The notes beneath the pieces are model-generated. The model ran no database searches and was not told the origin of the DNA. It worked only from the letters and a program-made list of their open reading frames with translations. Shown one piece after another: positions 44,170 to 58,538 of a stretch of DNA of 64,000 bases. Both the position numbers and the translations under genes were made by a program. Position 1 is the first letter of the stretch. Each line of letters begins with the position of its first letter. Location of the stretch: the NCBI GenBank assembly GCA_951406725.2, contig OX597826.1, forward strand, positions 49,228,001-49,292,000, read 5' to 3'. The stretch comes from Octopus vulgaris (lineage: Eukaryota).

Positions 44170-44494
44170 CGTCATCATCATCATCGTCGTCATCATTATC
44201 ATTATTACAGTAAATCCCACAGCTATTATTTCTCCCTCAATATTCTCCCCCCCACACCTTTTTTTTTTATATTATTAATTTAAAAGATTTTTATTTTAGT
44301 TTTTTTTTTGTTTCTTTTATTACAATAATTGTAATTTTATTATTATTATTATTGTTGTTGTTGTTGTTACAGTTGCTATTATTATTATTATTAGTTTTAT
44401 TATTATTTTCAATTCCTTACTGGGAGTTCTTTCATCGCTCTTTCCGTTATTAAAATTCTTACAAAACAAAATAGCAAATTATTAATACTACTAC

Positions 44495-44530
<36 letters not shown>

Positions 44531-44697
44531 TTTTTTTTTTCTTTTTTCAAATTTGCTTCCATTTCTTGCCGAGTGTCTTCCCGACTCCTAGGGCAAAGAA
44601 ACTCATAGTATACATTGGTAGGCCATTAAACCAAACTTAATAGTTCGTTCATTTTTTTTTTTTTAAGTTAAATTAAAATACATGAGCAGCAACAGTA

Positions 44698-44760
<63 letters not shown>

Positions 44761-44997
44761 GATTATGAGGAGTGTGGCAAGACTGGTGAGACTAAATGGA
44801 TCTACTCTGAATATACTTTTCTAAGCAGGAGGAAAGAAACTGGAAGAGGACACTTTCCCTACCCTGCGGGTGACAAGAGTAATCCGGGATTTTATCCCGA
44901 TTTACCCTTATTGGAATTTGAACTTAGAACGTAGAGATAAGCAAAGTGACGCTTAGCATTTTGTCCAGCGTGCTTACGATTCTTCCTACCAGCTCAC

Positions 44998-45225
44998 AGT
45001 GGAGGTGCGTGGCTCAGTGGTTAAGGTCGTAAGCTTGTGGCTTCGATTCCAGGACCGAGGACGCGTTGTGTTCTTGAACAAAACCCTTCATCTCCCATTG
45101 CTGGTAAGAATGAGTAATCCTGAAACAGACCGGCGTCCCGTCCAGGGCGGGGGGAATATATACGCCATTGAAACCGGGAAACCGGCCTTTATGAGTGAGT
45201 ATGACTCGAGAAGGTAACTTCACTT
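44998..45225 (+). mobile_element. SINE family C
   Basis: gtggaggtgcgtggctcagtggttaag head and gaccggcgtcccgtccaggg domain. Confidence 0.8.
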
Positions 45226-45572
45226 ACTTAACAGTATCAGGCCGTACACCGTTCACGTTAAGCTGCGCACTTCAATACTAAACTATGAGAGCAGCGGGTG
45301 AAATGCCTTGCGCTGGCTGTCCCGGTGTTCTCTCTCTATCTTACGGTTGGCGATGTATAAAATAACGGTGGTGCCAGGCTTTGTCGATACTTACTTCGCC
45401 CTGTGACAATAGCAGGGCCGAAGAGAGGGCAAGCCTGCATGTAAGGGCAAAAATTGGTCTCTTTCAGAAGAAACATTCCGTCTTTGAGAGGAACTTCTGA
45501 GTTGAAGATACCCAGTTTGCTAGTAACAGAAAACAAAGGCCACGTGTATATATATATATACATACATATATA

Positions 45573-45639
<67 letters not shown>

Positions 45640-45806
45640 ATATATACGGTACACTTCTGTTTCTACTTCGCGGATTTTCACCAATCGCGGGAATTTTTGG
45701 AACGGAACACCCACGATAGTAGAGGGATTACTGTCTGTTTGTATGTATGTATATATGGAATTGAATAAATGACAAGGAAACAGGACATTGTGTAATCAAC
45801 TTCATT

Positions 45807-45885
45807 AGCTTATAGTTGTTTCTGCTATAAGGTATATTGCATAATGTTCAATGTTTGTACATCACCTTATAGCTTCAACGGAGCT
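45807..45885 (-). ncRNA. Degenerate hammerhead-like motif with long stem II
   Basis: Minus strand AGCT-CCGTTGA-A-GCTATAAGGT-(30 nt)-ACCTTATAGC-A-GAAAC-aact-ATA-AGCT; perfect 10-bp inverted repeat at 45824-45833/45864-45873; core mutated. Confidence 0.45.
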
Positions 45886-45958
45886 TCTAAAGTGATGCGC
45901 AAATTTACTTATATATGTGTGTGTATCTGTGTCTGTGTGCGTATATATATTGAGAAAT

Positions 45959-46039
<81 letters not shown>

Positions 46040-46485
46040 GGATGGATGGGCTGAATGGATGGATGGATACTTTCTTAACAAAAACAGAAGAACTCCAGAG
46101 AGAATATATAAAGCCATTATCAATACTAGAAGTGTGAAACTGGAGCAGAGTTGTATATTCATTCACACACACCACACGCACACATTTGTGTGTAAAATAG
46201 CAAAAGGAATAGGGGCTGAAACCAAACTTATTGGAAACCTTCTGGGAGAAGATATATGTTGATAATGAATGCTCACCAGTCTCTCCCCTCACCTGTCTCT
46301 CCCCTCACCTGTCTCTCTATCTCTATCTCCGATCTTATTTCTATCTGTTGCTTATTCGATCTGCTCCTCTCTTTCACCACTGCGCCCTCCGTTCCCTTAA
46401 TTTCCTTCTCTTTCTCTCCCTCCTTTTCTTCTCTCCTCTTCTATTTGCTTCTCACTTTCGTTCGCCTTATACATCCCACCTCTCA

Positions 46486-46537
<52 letters not shown>

Positions 46538-47564
46538 TTTCATCAAACACACACTTGGCTATCAACAACATCACTACAAGAGAAAGGGAGAGAGCGAGAG
46601 GAAGTTAGAATTATTAGTCAAAGTGGGGGGTGGGGATGGAGGACAGGCGCGGTGGGGTAGATGTCACTCTTGGTACAACAACAACGGTGCCATTGCAAAA
46701 TAAATATGGTACTTACCATTCTACTAATCATTATGAAAATACTTGAAGAAAGTCAAAGAAAAATATCTCTATCAACAGACGTCTTGCTTGTTATTATATT
46801 GTGGTGGTGGAGGTGGGGGTGATTGTGAAAGTAATGGTGGTAATAATGATGAGGGTGGTGGTGGTGGTGGTGGTGGTGGCGATGAAGACCCTATTTTTCC
46901 ATTCATTTATTTATTTACTTGTTTATTTATTGTTCCTCTTTTGTTACTGCCGTTATGTTTTCGTGGTGTTTACATTATGTAAACAATGATACCTGGTGGT
47001 TAATTAAACGTCCCTTATCTGCCCTACCTGTCTACCCACCTACCTACATCTTGTACCCCGAGACCTGACCGGGCAGAAGTAGAACAGCAAACCTCTCCCG
47101 TTATCTGTATACCTGTCTGTCTACCTGCGTGTACCTACCTGTGTATCTTATCTCAAAGCCTACCTAAGTTAGCAACTACGCAGGTAGTGTGTGATACCTG
47201 TGTGCGCGTGTGATGTCGTCAGCGATGAAGTCTTTGCCAGGTGACTTACAATCGGTGCGGAGAACAAAAGAGAGTTAAAAGATATAACCATCTGGGAATA
47301 ATATATTACATCAGTTCTAATTTAACATCAAACAGAGACTCGACAATCTGGATGAGAGTTGGTTAACAACAGAGTAATGAAGACGATTGAAACGAAGCAT
47401 AATAATGGTTTATTTGTTGTGTGGGGGAGGGTCCACGCACACACATACACACACACACACACACATGCACACACACACACATACACACACATACACAAAG
47501 AATTTTGATCGAATGTTCGTAGTAATTTGTAATTAAAATAATACAGTGTTAGATATATTCGTTG

Positions 47565-47968
47565 TGGCTGTGTGGTAAGAAGCTTGCTTCCCAACGACAC
47601 GGTTCTGGGTTCTGTCCCACTGTGTGGCACCTTGAGCAATTTTCTTTTCTCTTCTATTATAGCTTCGGGCCAACCAAAGCCTTGTGAGTCTACTTTGGTA
47701 GACGGAAACTGAACGAAGCCTGTAGTAATATATATATATAATTTAAGTGTGTGTCTGTATTTATCTCCCTACCATCGTTTGACAACCGACGCTAGTGAGT
47801 TTATGTCCTTGTAATTAGCGGTTCGGCAAAAGAGACCGATAGAATAAGTACTAGGTTTTCAAAGAATAAGTCCTGGGGAATCGATTTCTTCGACTAACAC
47901 CCTTTAAGGCGGTGCTCCAGCACGGCCGCAGTCAAATGACTGAAACAAGTGAAAGAATAAAAGAATAA
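47565..47968 (+). mobile_element. SINE family A, near full length
   Basis: Same head, internal microsatellite and tail as 14760-15150; most CpGs intact. Confidence 0.85.
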
Positions 47969-48498
47969 CGCTTCATTACAACATGGCCAGATGTTTCAAC
48001 TCGTGTTTACCACGCAGTGAGTTTGTTTGTTGGGAGACCAATAACTTCGGTTGCTATGGAGAAAGGGAGAAAGTTGGTGGGATGTTACAGAGCCCTCGAT
48101 ATGTCGTCTATTGGCCCCGAAGCGAGAAACTTTTTGAAACTTTCCCATTTGTTCATATGGCAAACGAATTTAAAGACAGCAAAAATGAATAAATATATAA
48201 ATAATTAATAAATAAAACACGACCTTCGTGTGAATTAACGATCAGCATTTTTAGTTCACGCGCGCGCACTCAGCTTTGTTTTTGTTTTTTTTTTTGTTCT
48301 TTTTTTTCTTTTGTTTCGGACGGCATGGTCGGTCATATGTCTCGACTCACATTTCAGCGAAGAAGAAACGAGAGTCGAGACACTTTGACCATGCTGCGAA
48401 TAATCAATTTAGCATATCAACAATGTTACACGGGAGTTCTTTACACTGGGAAGCAATACAAACGCCTAACGAAACAAGCATTCATATATATATATACT

Positions 48499-48541
<43 letters not shown>

Positions 48542-49047
48542 CACACACACACATATACACACGCTCGTATCTTTGTATGTTTTTGTGTACCCTGTGACAT
48601 AAACCGTTGCTTAACTGAAAACAAGAAAAAGTAGAAGTGTTCAAATAGCGCTGGTATTATTTTCTCAATATGGTGTCCGTGACATTTGTGAAGAAATCAT
48701 ATCACATATTAATGATATCAATAACGCGTTCTTTAATTGTTTCTCTCCTGTATTAATGATATCTATTGCGTGAAATCAAAAAAACACAAGTAAATATAAT
48801 AATATCTTTGTAATAGTGATATTACAATGTTATTAAATATAAATCCTTTATGATTTTGTGTGTGTGCGTGCGTGCGTGTGTTGTGAACTGGACGAAAGGG
48901 TAACCAGCAGATGACTGTCGCAGATTTGTGAACCAATACCAAATAATATCGGAATGTAGACATATTTGTATGTATTACTCTATGCGTGTGTGTCTCTCTC
49001 ACTCTCTCTCTCTCCCTCTCTCTTTCTCTCTCTGTATATATATATAC

Positions 49048-49102
<55 letters not shown>

Positions 49103-49244
49103 CATACATATATACATACATATATATGTATATATATATATATATTATATATACATAGGATAGGATTAACATATTGGGCATTCGGGAATATGATCCGTTA
49201 TGTAATTGTATTCTAAGCGACTTCAAAGTGTACTTGTATGTCTA

Positions 49245-49247
<3 letters not shown>

Positions 49248-49286
<39 letters not shown>

Positions 49287-49323
49287 ATATATATGTATGT
49301 ATATATGTATGTATATATGTATG

Positions 49324-49358
<35 letters not shown>

Positions 49359-49397
49359 GTATATATATATGTATATATATGTATGTATATATGTATG

Positions 49398-49433
<36 letters not shown>

Positions 49434-49680
49434 TATGTATATGTATGTATATATATATATGTATGTATATATGTATGTATTTATATGTATGTATATATAT
49501 ATATGTATATATATATGTATATATATATGTATATATATGTATATGTATATATATGTATATATATATATGTATATATATATGTATATATATGTATATATAT
49601 ATATATGTATATATATATGTATATATATATGTATGTACACACATACAAACATAGAGATAGAGAGAGAGAGAGAGAGAGAG
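49248..49680. repeat. Compound (TA)n/(TATG)n tract, representative of dozens of similar tracts
   Basis: Directly visible. Confidence 0.95.
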
Positions 49681-50555
49681 ATGTAACTTACCTATACACG
49701 TGCGTTTGTTTAACGTTTTTATGTAATTTGATGTATAGAAATATATATGGCATGTGAATGTGACATACATATACACACACACACACTTATGTATACATAC
49801 ATACACACATATATACACACATTTATATATACATATACACACACATATTTAAACATACATACATTTTTCGTACACTTATATATCTACAGAGAGAGAGAGA
49901 GTGTGTGTGTGTGTGTGGGTGAAATGAGAAAAGCAACACTGCATTCTACACCTTCAAATGTATAAAAAATTTAAAAAACGAGCTATTTTTTCATATTTCA
50001 TTTTCTCCTATAAATCATCAGAAAAACATGATATTAATGTTTTCCTCTGATATAGATCAGAAAATATCGTCAATTATAGATTCTCTAAATGATACGCGAA
50101 CGCGTGCCATAACTATGCATGTCATGCGATATATTATTTTTTTATCTCACTCTGACTTGTAGTTTTAATTGATGCATGTTTCATGGAGAAAATTTTTACA
50201 CACCTGCAGCAAAGATTTACCTGTTATTAATCCTCCTTGTTCTTTCCCCAACTTGCTGTGCGCGTGTGTCTATAGTTTTATGGATTTTACAGGTGAACCA
50301 AAGATGAATGTCGAAGAGAATATGGAGTGTAACATGTGTGTGTATGTGTGTGTCTATGTATATAAATATGTATGTATGTATGTATGTATGTATGTGTGTG
50401 TGTGCATGTATATAGATTCAACTATTGAATGTAAACGAATATCTAAGCACACATGTATCTATGCACACACTCACACATACATGTGTATGTATGTATGCAT
50501 GTATATAAATATATATATAAGCATATATTTATATATCATTTATATATATATTTCT

Positions 50556-50778
50556 TTACTACCCACAAGGGGCTAAACACAGAGGGGACAAACAAGGACA
50601 GACAAAGGGATTAAGTCGACTACATCGACCCCAGTGCGTAACTGGTACTTAATTTATCGACCCCGAAAGGATGAAAGGCAAAGTCGACCTCGGCGGAATT
50701 TGAACTCGGAACGTAACGACAGACGAAATACGGCTACGAATTTCGCCCGGCGTGCTAACGTTTCTACCAGCTCGCCGC
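50556..50778 (-). mobile_element. tRNA-derived SINE family B, full length
   Basis: Contains B box gagttcaaattcc and the core gtcgactttgcctttcatcctttcggggtcgataaattaagtaccag, which resembles the MetaSINE domain (recalled). Confidence 0.85.
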
Positions 50779-50787
50779 TGGTATATC

Positions 50788-50831
<44 letters not shown>

Positions 50832-50856
50832 TTATATGTATGTATATATATATGTG

Positions 50857-50888
<32 letters not shown>

Positions 50889-50899
50889 TAAGTATGTAC

Positions 50900-51024
<125 letters not shown>

Positions 51025-51809
51025 CATATACACACACACACACGCACATATATATATATATGTATATGACTACGTATGTGTGTATGATATACTGCATCTT
51101 ATATCCGTGTGACTGTGTTTTCTATAGCATCAAATATATTTAGATATCACATCATATCATGTAAATTTATCAATATTTAATTATACCGTATATGTGTGTG
51201 TACACGTGCATGCATGGAATATATATATATATATATATATATATCAACATGTTAGCATCAAGTATATATAAAAATGTCGTGTACATATATGTGTATGGTA
51301 TGTATCTATTCGCGCGAGCACTCACACACACGTATATATATTTACATACTTATATAAATATATGCGTGTGTGCACTTATGAAATACCGTATGTGTCTTCA
51401 CTTCATTACCGGCTAAATTTGGACATGATCACCATTCTAGCTTCTAGTCCCCTATTCGTCTCATATCTTGAACCTTTGGCACCTCGCCATTCTTGGACAT
51501 GCAGCAAGTTCTTAATATGCCTTATATTTCAAACTGAGAAAGCTGTTGAAACTTGGATAAATCTAATGAATATAAGTGCTATACAGTCATTAAAAGGCAT
51601 CACCCCCTACTTTATATACGTCTATGTATGTATGTATGTATGTATGTATAACAATATATATATGCAATAATATATATATATCAGCCGAAATTACTACGAT
51701 GATCCGGTTCTTGACTGAAGACTGAGGGTTTCGAATGTCCTGTCCGTGTTTATTGTGTCGTCTTCTAAGAGTTATACGTTCTTGTCCATGTTGTATTTTT
51801 CTACATACC

Positions 51810-51878
<69 letters not shown>

Positions 51879-52120
51879 CAAAAGCATGGAAAACGAACTT
51901 TTTTTCGAACAAGGAAAGAAACAAATAGAGAAACGAGACAGGCAACATAAAGAACATAATCTTCATCAGTTGTCCCCTGTTTTATCGACTCTGCGTTTCG
52001 AAGGTAGGGACACGATGCGACTCATTAAAACAGTCCTCCCTGCAAAGCAAATTAAATAAAATTTGGGATTTTTTCGCGGAGGGTTAAAGTGGTAACTGAA
52101 ACAGGACAATATATATAATG

Positions 52121-52151
<31 letters not shown>

Positions 52152-52242
52152 ATAGATATACATATATGAATACATATGTAATGGTGCTTTTCCTGTTTAT
52201 GTATGTGCTCATGTTTATACTTTCATACATACACACACTCAC

Positions 52243-52322
<80 letters not shown>

Positions 52323-52450
52323 ATATATATATATATATATATATATGGTACGTATGTAAGGTTTATATGTGTGCGTGTTTATGTACGTATGTATGTATAT
52401 ATATATATATATATGTATATTTGTATGTGTGTGCATATATGTATGAATGA

Positions 52451-52519
<69 letters not shown>

Positions 52520-52761
52520 AACATTCATATATAATAGAAAGTTTCTATTAATTAAATTAGACAATGTACTTCATTTACATTTATCATATTAGCCCTTTAT
52601 AGTCTTCTTTCTAATTACTATTAGTTAATTACTTCCCTAACTAATGTACTGCTATTGTTAATTATATGATTGCTCCAGTACAAGAGTCATTCATTACTTT
52701 ATACCAATTATAATATATATATATTGCTAATTATTCCTTTGTAATTTCGTTATAAGAATTC

Positions 52762-52825
<64 letters not shown>

Positions 52826-53529
52826 GCGAAAACTAATTTCTGTGTTTCAGTGTGTCACACTTTGACTCCCTCTCTCATTATTCAATGAAACTTCTACTAT
52901 TGCTCATGTTGGGGTGAGAGTGATAGTAGGCATAGAGACGGTGAGGACGGTGGTGAAGACAGAGAGAGAGAGAGGGAGAGAAAGAGAGACAAAGAAATTT
53001 AGGGAGAGTTGATGTTTTATTAAAAGTAGTAGTTTTGATGGTGGCAGTGAACATAATAAGAGAGAGAGAGAAAGAGTGGGTATGTGAGAGAAAGAGGGAC
53101 TGAATACTGAGCGAGAGCTGTAATTGTGATAGAGGTGGAGGCGGTGATGATGATGGTGGTGGTGGTAGTGGTAGCCGAGGCGGTCAAGTATGACAGTGAG
53201 AGTAAGCGATGCAAAAGACAATGGCGATGGTGGTGGAGGAGAAGGCGGCAAAATCAAAGATATTGATGGTGGTGGCGTCGAAAGTCTGAATGAAGAGTGC
53301 ATGGCAGATGTGGTGGCGATTGTAGTGGTACTGTTGTTTATCATGCAGTTTTGCAATAAGTTCCAAGTCGACAAATTATATCATTGTTTTGATGAAAACT
53401 TCGTTGCTTGAAAAATATTGGCCAAGTTTAATAAAATCTAATATATACTCAATGCATGAAGTGACTTTGTTGGGCCCAAGACCTAATGAAGGGCCCTTCA
53501 CAGGAGCTAGCTTAAAAGTCGCCCTATAA

Positions 53530-53850
53530 AAAAAGAAGCACTCCGTCGGTTACGACGACGTGGGTCCCAGCTGATACGATCCACACAACAGCTTGCTCGT
53601 GAAATTAACGTGCAAGTGGCTGAGCACTCCACAGACACGTGTACCCTTAATGTAGTTTTCAGGGAGATTCGGCGTGGCACAGAGTGCGGCAAGGATGACC
53701 CTTTGAAATACAGGTACTACTCATTTTTGCCAGCTGAGTGAATTGGAGTAACGTGAAATAAAGAGTCTTGCTGAAGGGCACAACGCCTCGCCCGGAATTG
53801 AACTCACGAACTTACGATCGCGAACTGAATGCCCTAACAACTAAGCCACG
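53530..53850 (-). mobile_element. SINE with family-C-like head and a different 3' body
   Basis: Reverse tRNA-like head (ctaacaactaagccacg, ggaattgaactc), shared actcatttttgccagctgagt segment, distinct 3' region. Confidence 0.7.
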
Positions 53851-53873
53851 ATTCCTTCTACCAGCTCGCCGCT

Positions 53874-53913
<40 letters not shown>

Positions 53914-53935
53914 TAATAATAATAATAATAATAAT

Positions 53936-54353
53936 AGTCAGTTGTTTGACCTTAACCAGTTGAGCATGTCCCTTGGTGGCTGACGATATGTGCATCTCTG
54001 ATCACGAGCAGAAGTAGTGGGGAGCATCATAGCCATGTGTTGAGAGGGATTCTTTGGGGTTTGAATAATTCACCTCTGGAAACATGGGTGGTTCTTTCAA
54101 CGTCCTTAAACAACCCTTATTCAGGGACCTTTTGAGCGGGATGGGCTACTCGATCTGAAGAAAATTCTAACTGGGCCCCACCTGCAAGGTCATGTGCTGT
54201 TTATCTTGATATGAGATCACCATGTCGCGCACATATGGTTGTGATGCATGTGCCTGGTGTACCTTTATCAGACGGGTAGTCATGATGGGTATACTGGGCT
54301 TCGTATATTTTACCCCAGTGTCACTTTGATGGCATGAACTGCTCTCTCACTCA
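53936..54353 (+). mobile_element. Probable non-LTR retrotransposon 3' end inserted in (AAT)n
   Basis: About 420 bp of complex non-coding sequence flanked on both sides by (AAT)n; pattern expected of TAA-targeting Dong/R4-like elements (inference). Confidence 0.45.
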
Positions 54354-55312
54354 ATAATAATAATAATAATAATAATAATATTCTCTCCATCTTCTGTCAA
54401 ATCTCAGTCTGTAGCCGCATTATTTCCTCGTTTAACAAATCTCAATTTTTGCGACGAATTTCTGTTCTCTTCACCGGATTCTGTCTTTTTTTTTTTTTTT
54501 TTTTTTCTCTTTTAAAGACCGTTCTATGATTATTCCCTGCCAGGCAATCCATTGTCCACCATGATTGATGGAAGATAGAATGGCTGCAATCTTGAGATAT
54601 TTCGTGCCCTTTTGGGAGAAATATTTTTATACATACCTTAAAAAAAATTTTTTTTTTTAAACGTACCTTGTAACTTATGCTTCAAGCTAACAGCGTAGTG
54701 TTTAGAAATAACAGCTAAATCTTACTTAAAATCATAAAATAACCTAGAGAAAAGACAGATTGAATGATGTAATCCTAGATATGTTTTGTCAGAAAATAAT
54801 TCATGGTGATTACAAGTGGAACGCCTTTCACCATAGTTCTATTTAATCAGTGCTGATTTGGGGGAATAAACAATAACGTTTCGTTTCGTTAAGTTACGTT
54901 TCGTTTCGCTTAGTTTATTTCATTTTCGATTCGTCTCATCTCGTTTCCCTTTTTTTTACATTACTTTTTTTTATTGAAGAAACATCTCCACTGTTAATGC
55001 TATTACATAAGAGATAATAATTACCGTCTTGCATCTGGTTCTCTTTCGGCATTGATGGCGGCCATTTACAATGAAATAACAATATAATATAATATAATAT
55101 AATATAATGATATAATGTAATACTATAATATAATATTTACAAAATGATGATAATGATTAAGATAATGGCGATTTCTTTTTCACTTGACACAAGGCCGAAT
55201 CATTTGATTGGATTGGATATGTAGGTAGGTAAGACAAGCGTGTGGGTGTACACTTGCTTGAAATTCACTGAGTATATTCCAGTGTGACGTAATAAGTAAA
55301 TAAAATTTATTA

Positions 55313-55349
<37 letters not shown>

Positions 55350-55798
55350 GATTAAAATGAATTATTATTGTTATCAAAAGAAGTAAAAAGAAAATCTATG
55401 AAGCTGTTAGTTTTTACATTTTTTTTTAAGTGGACGATCAGGTCTTTTTTAATTGACATTTTTCATCATCATCATCGCCCTCGTCATGGGGAAACTCAAC
55501 CAAAACTGTTCCTCACATTTTAGCCTTAATATCATAGCGCACGCGGAAAAGAAATGAATCATTGTTAATTGTTGTTGATGATGATGATGATGATGATGGG
55601 GGAGCGGGGCAGTGGTGACAGTGACGTCGAGAAACCACTAACTTCGAGAAATCGATCGATCGATCGATGAATGATAATGAAGAATACCAGTATTAATGAG
55701 GACTATATAACGTTAACAGCAAGAGATAGTGTTAATAACAATGATGACAAGTCTTTTAATGATCATGGTGTTGATGATAGTGCTGGTGGAAGTGGTGG

Positions 55799-55829
<31 letters not shown>

Positions 55830-56233
55830 TGTTTCTGATTTAGGGATAGGGCTAACAACAATGTTTTCGATGGGAAAATGGGTGTTTGTCGATTCTGTCG
55901 TCCAAAGTACTTGACTGGTACTTTGTTTTATCGATTGTGGTGGGAATGAAAGGCGAAGTTGACCTCAGCGGGATTTGAACACAGGACGTAAAGAGCCGGA
56001 ACGAAAAGCACAAAGCACTTTTTCCCGACGCTTTGAAGATTCTGCCACCGATATATACATCTGTCGACCTGTCTCTTTCTCTCGTATAAATTCTATTTTT
56101 CAAATATATCACGTCTATACAAGATTTTGTCCCTGACGAAAACCGCTCTGCTCTGGCCGTCAATGGTCTATATACAGTATATATTCTATATATATGGCTA
56201 TTTTCAATTAACACTACTTCATTTGCATACACC

Positions 56234-56305
<72 letters not shown>

Positions 56306-56393
56306 ATAGAAATGGTAAGACAACAAAAGAATGAAAGAGACCTCGATATTATGTAAATAAAGGAATTTATCTGTAAATGTAATTTTTCCGATG

Positions 56394-56463
56394 GCCGGAT
56401 AACTGAAGAGATAGCGGCGTGGATTTACACCCCGACATCCGAAACTCGGAGTTTTATCACGGC
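56394..56463 (+). ncRNA. Type I hammerhead ribozyme motif (Penelope/retrozyme-like)
   Basis: Stem I gccg-gataa / ttatc-a-cggc; core CTGAAGA 56403-56409; imperfect stem II 56410-56440; GAAA 56441-56444; stem III ACT-cgg-AGT; GUU cleavage triplet 56451-56453. Flanked by (TA)n on both sides. Confidence 0.7.
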
Positions 56464-56476
56464 GACCGAATAATTG

Positions 56477-56522
<46 letters not shown>

Positions 56523-56743
56523 TAAAAGAGACCGCTAGAATAAGTTTTAGGGTTACAAAGAATAAGTCCTGGGGTCGATTTGTTCGACTAAAGGTGATAC
56601 TCCAGCATGGCCGCAGTCCAATGACAGAAACAAGTAAAAGAATGAAAGAATAATGAATATATATATAGAGATTGGCAAAAAGGCTCCTCGAAATTAAGGT
56701 TGGCGCAAGAATAATAATAATAATAATAATAATAGTAGTAGTA

Positions 56744-56792
<49 letters not shown>

Positions 56793-57483
56793 AGATGATG
56801 AATGATGATGATGATGATGATGGTGTGGCTATAATAATTGCAACAAACACATCGACAGTATTATGGATAGCGAAAAGGACATCAACAAAGTAACAAAAAA
56901 ACTAACACAATAACAATAAAATGATTGCAGTTTCATTGTTGTCGGTGGTGCTTGTGGTGGTGGTGGTGGGTTTTATTTTAGGTTTGTTTTATTTCGTGGG
57001 TGCGAGTGGGGGAGGACGGAGGGAGGGAGGGATGAATTAAAAAGTGATCGTAGTTATGGCAACATGGTTGCTGTGTATAGGGCCATATCATGACTGCGAG
57101 TTAATGGTGGATAGCAATTTGGTGGTGGTGGTGGTGGTGGAAGAAGGGGGTGTCGAGTGAAGAGAACCTGTAATACACCCCCGCCAAAAAAATAAATAAA
57201 TAGTAATCTTGGTTGAGGTTTTTTTTTTACGTTATATAAAAATTTTTTTGAGTATTTGGGGTTTTTTTTAAGTTTGTATTTGTGTTTGTTTTGTTTTTGT
57301 TACGTTTATCCCTTCTCCCCGTCCATCCCCATTCACCCATCCACCCAATCGTCCACCACCGCGCCCCCCCACCTCACTCCAACCGGATGTTACCGTGCAT
57401 CGGTCTACATGAGGCATAACGTTTAATATGCAAATCAGAGAATGTTTGGAAGCACGTAAAACGATGAGAGTCAATGACCAAGC

Positions 57484-57523
<40 letters not shown>

Positions 57524-58369
57524 TGAAATAAGGCAAATGAACGAATGAAAATAGAGGAGGGGGAAGGGGGGCAAGGAAGAAGTAAGTGGCGTAGAATATT
57601 GTGTCAGACTTTTCAGAGAATGTTACAAATATTTCAATGCATTATTTTACCAAAATATGAAAATAGCGAAATAAAATCTTGTTTGTCCATCTATTGTCTC
57701 TTTACACCTTTATACACCTCCTGCACACACACACATACATGCATACATATCATACATATAATATATATATATATATATATATGAAGAGATGAAAGATAGA
57801 CAAACAATTAGAGATTGCCGTAGTTCGTTTATATGAGATGTCACATATTCATGCATATTCATATCATAAGATCAAGATAAGTTTTTTTACAGCCGTTTCG
57901 AAGATTCTTTAAAGCAACTAGTTAATGTTGTAATACATATTATGCAAATAGGCGTGCATAATGAGTCCAATAACACACACACACACACATAACTTTCTTG
58001 TATAGGATTTCATATATATATATAGGAATTCCTATACACATATCGTCAGGTAAATGTATGGGTATATACGAGATTCATTTCTTTTTATTTATTATTGATT
58101 TATTTCACTTAGACATTGGTCATAGGCCCGACTTATTTCTAAGTATAGAGTATTCTCGGTGAATAAATGCCTTGTTGGGCTGATTTAAGACGAGCCTTAT
58201 GAAACTTGTGTGTATCTAATAATAATCACATATACCCCAAAAAGAAACATGCACGCACATGCTGACATTTACAGGTGTACAAACACGTTTGCGCATCTAC
58301 GCTTGTGTGTGCATGCGCATGCGAAACTTTTAAAACCATTACTTGTTTTTGCATCACCTCTACTCCTAT

Positions 58370-58538
58370 GAGATCCCGCTTAAGGCATGGACACAGCGGG
58401 CAGTTGTCCGAGGGCCTCAGAAGTCTAGGGATTCAATTCTGATGTATGTATGCTGTGGCTTTGCAGTCAGTAAATATATACTAAAGGGTCCAGTACATAG
58501 ATTTTCCCAGGGGCCTATACCGCTTTAAGACGGCCCTG
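58370..58538. mobile_element. hAT-like MITE
   Basis: Right end TAAGACGGCCCTG, decayed left end; 8-bp TSD actcctat / gctcctat (7/8 match). Confidence 0.65.
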
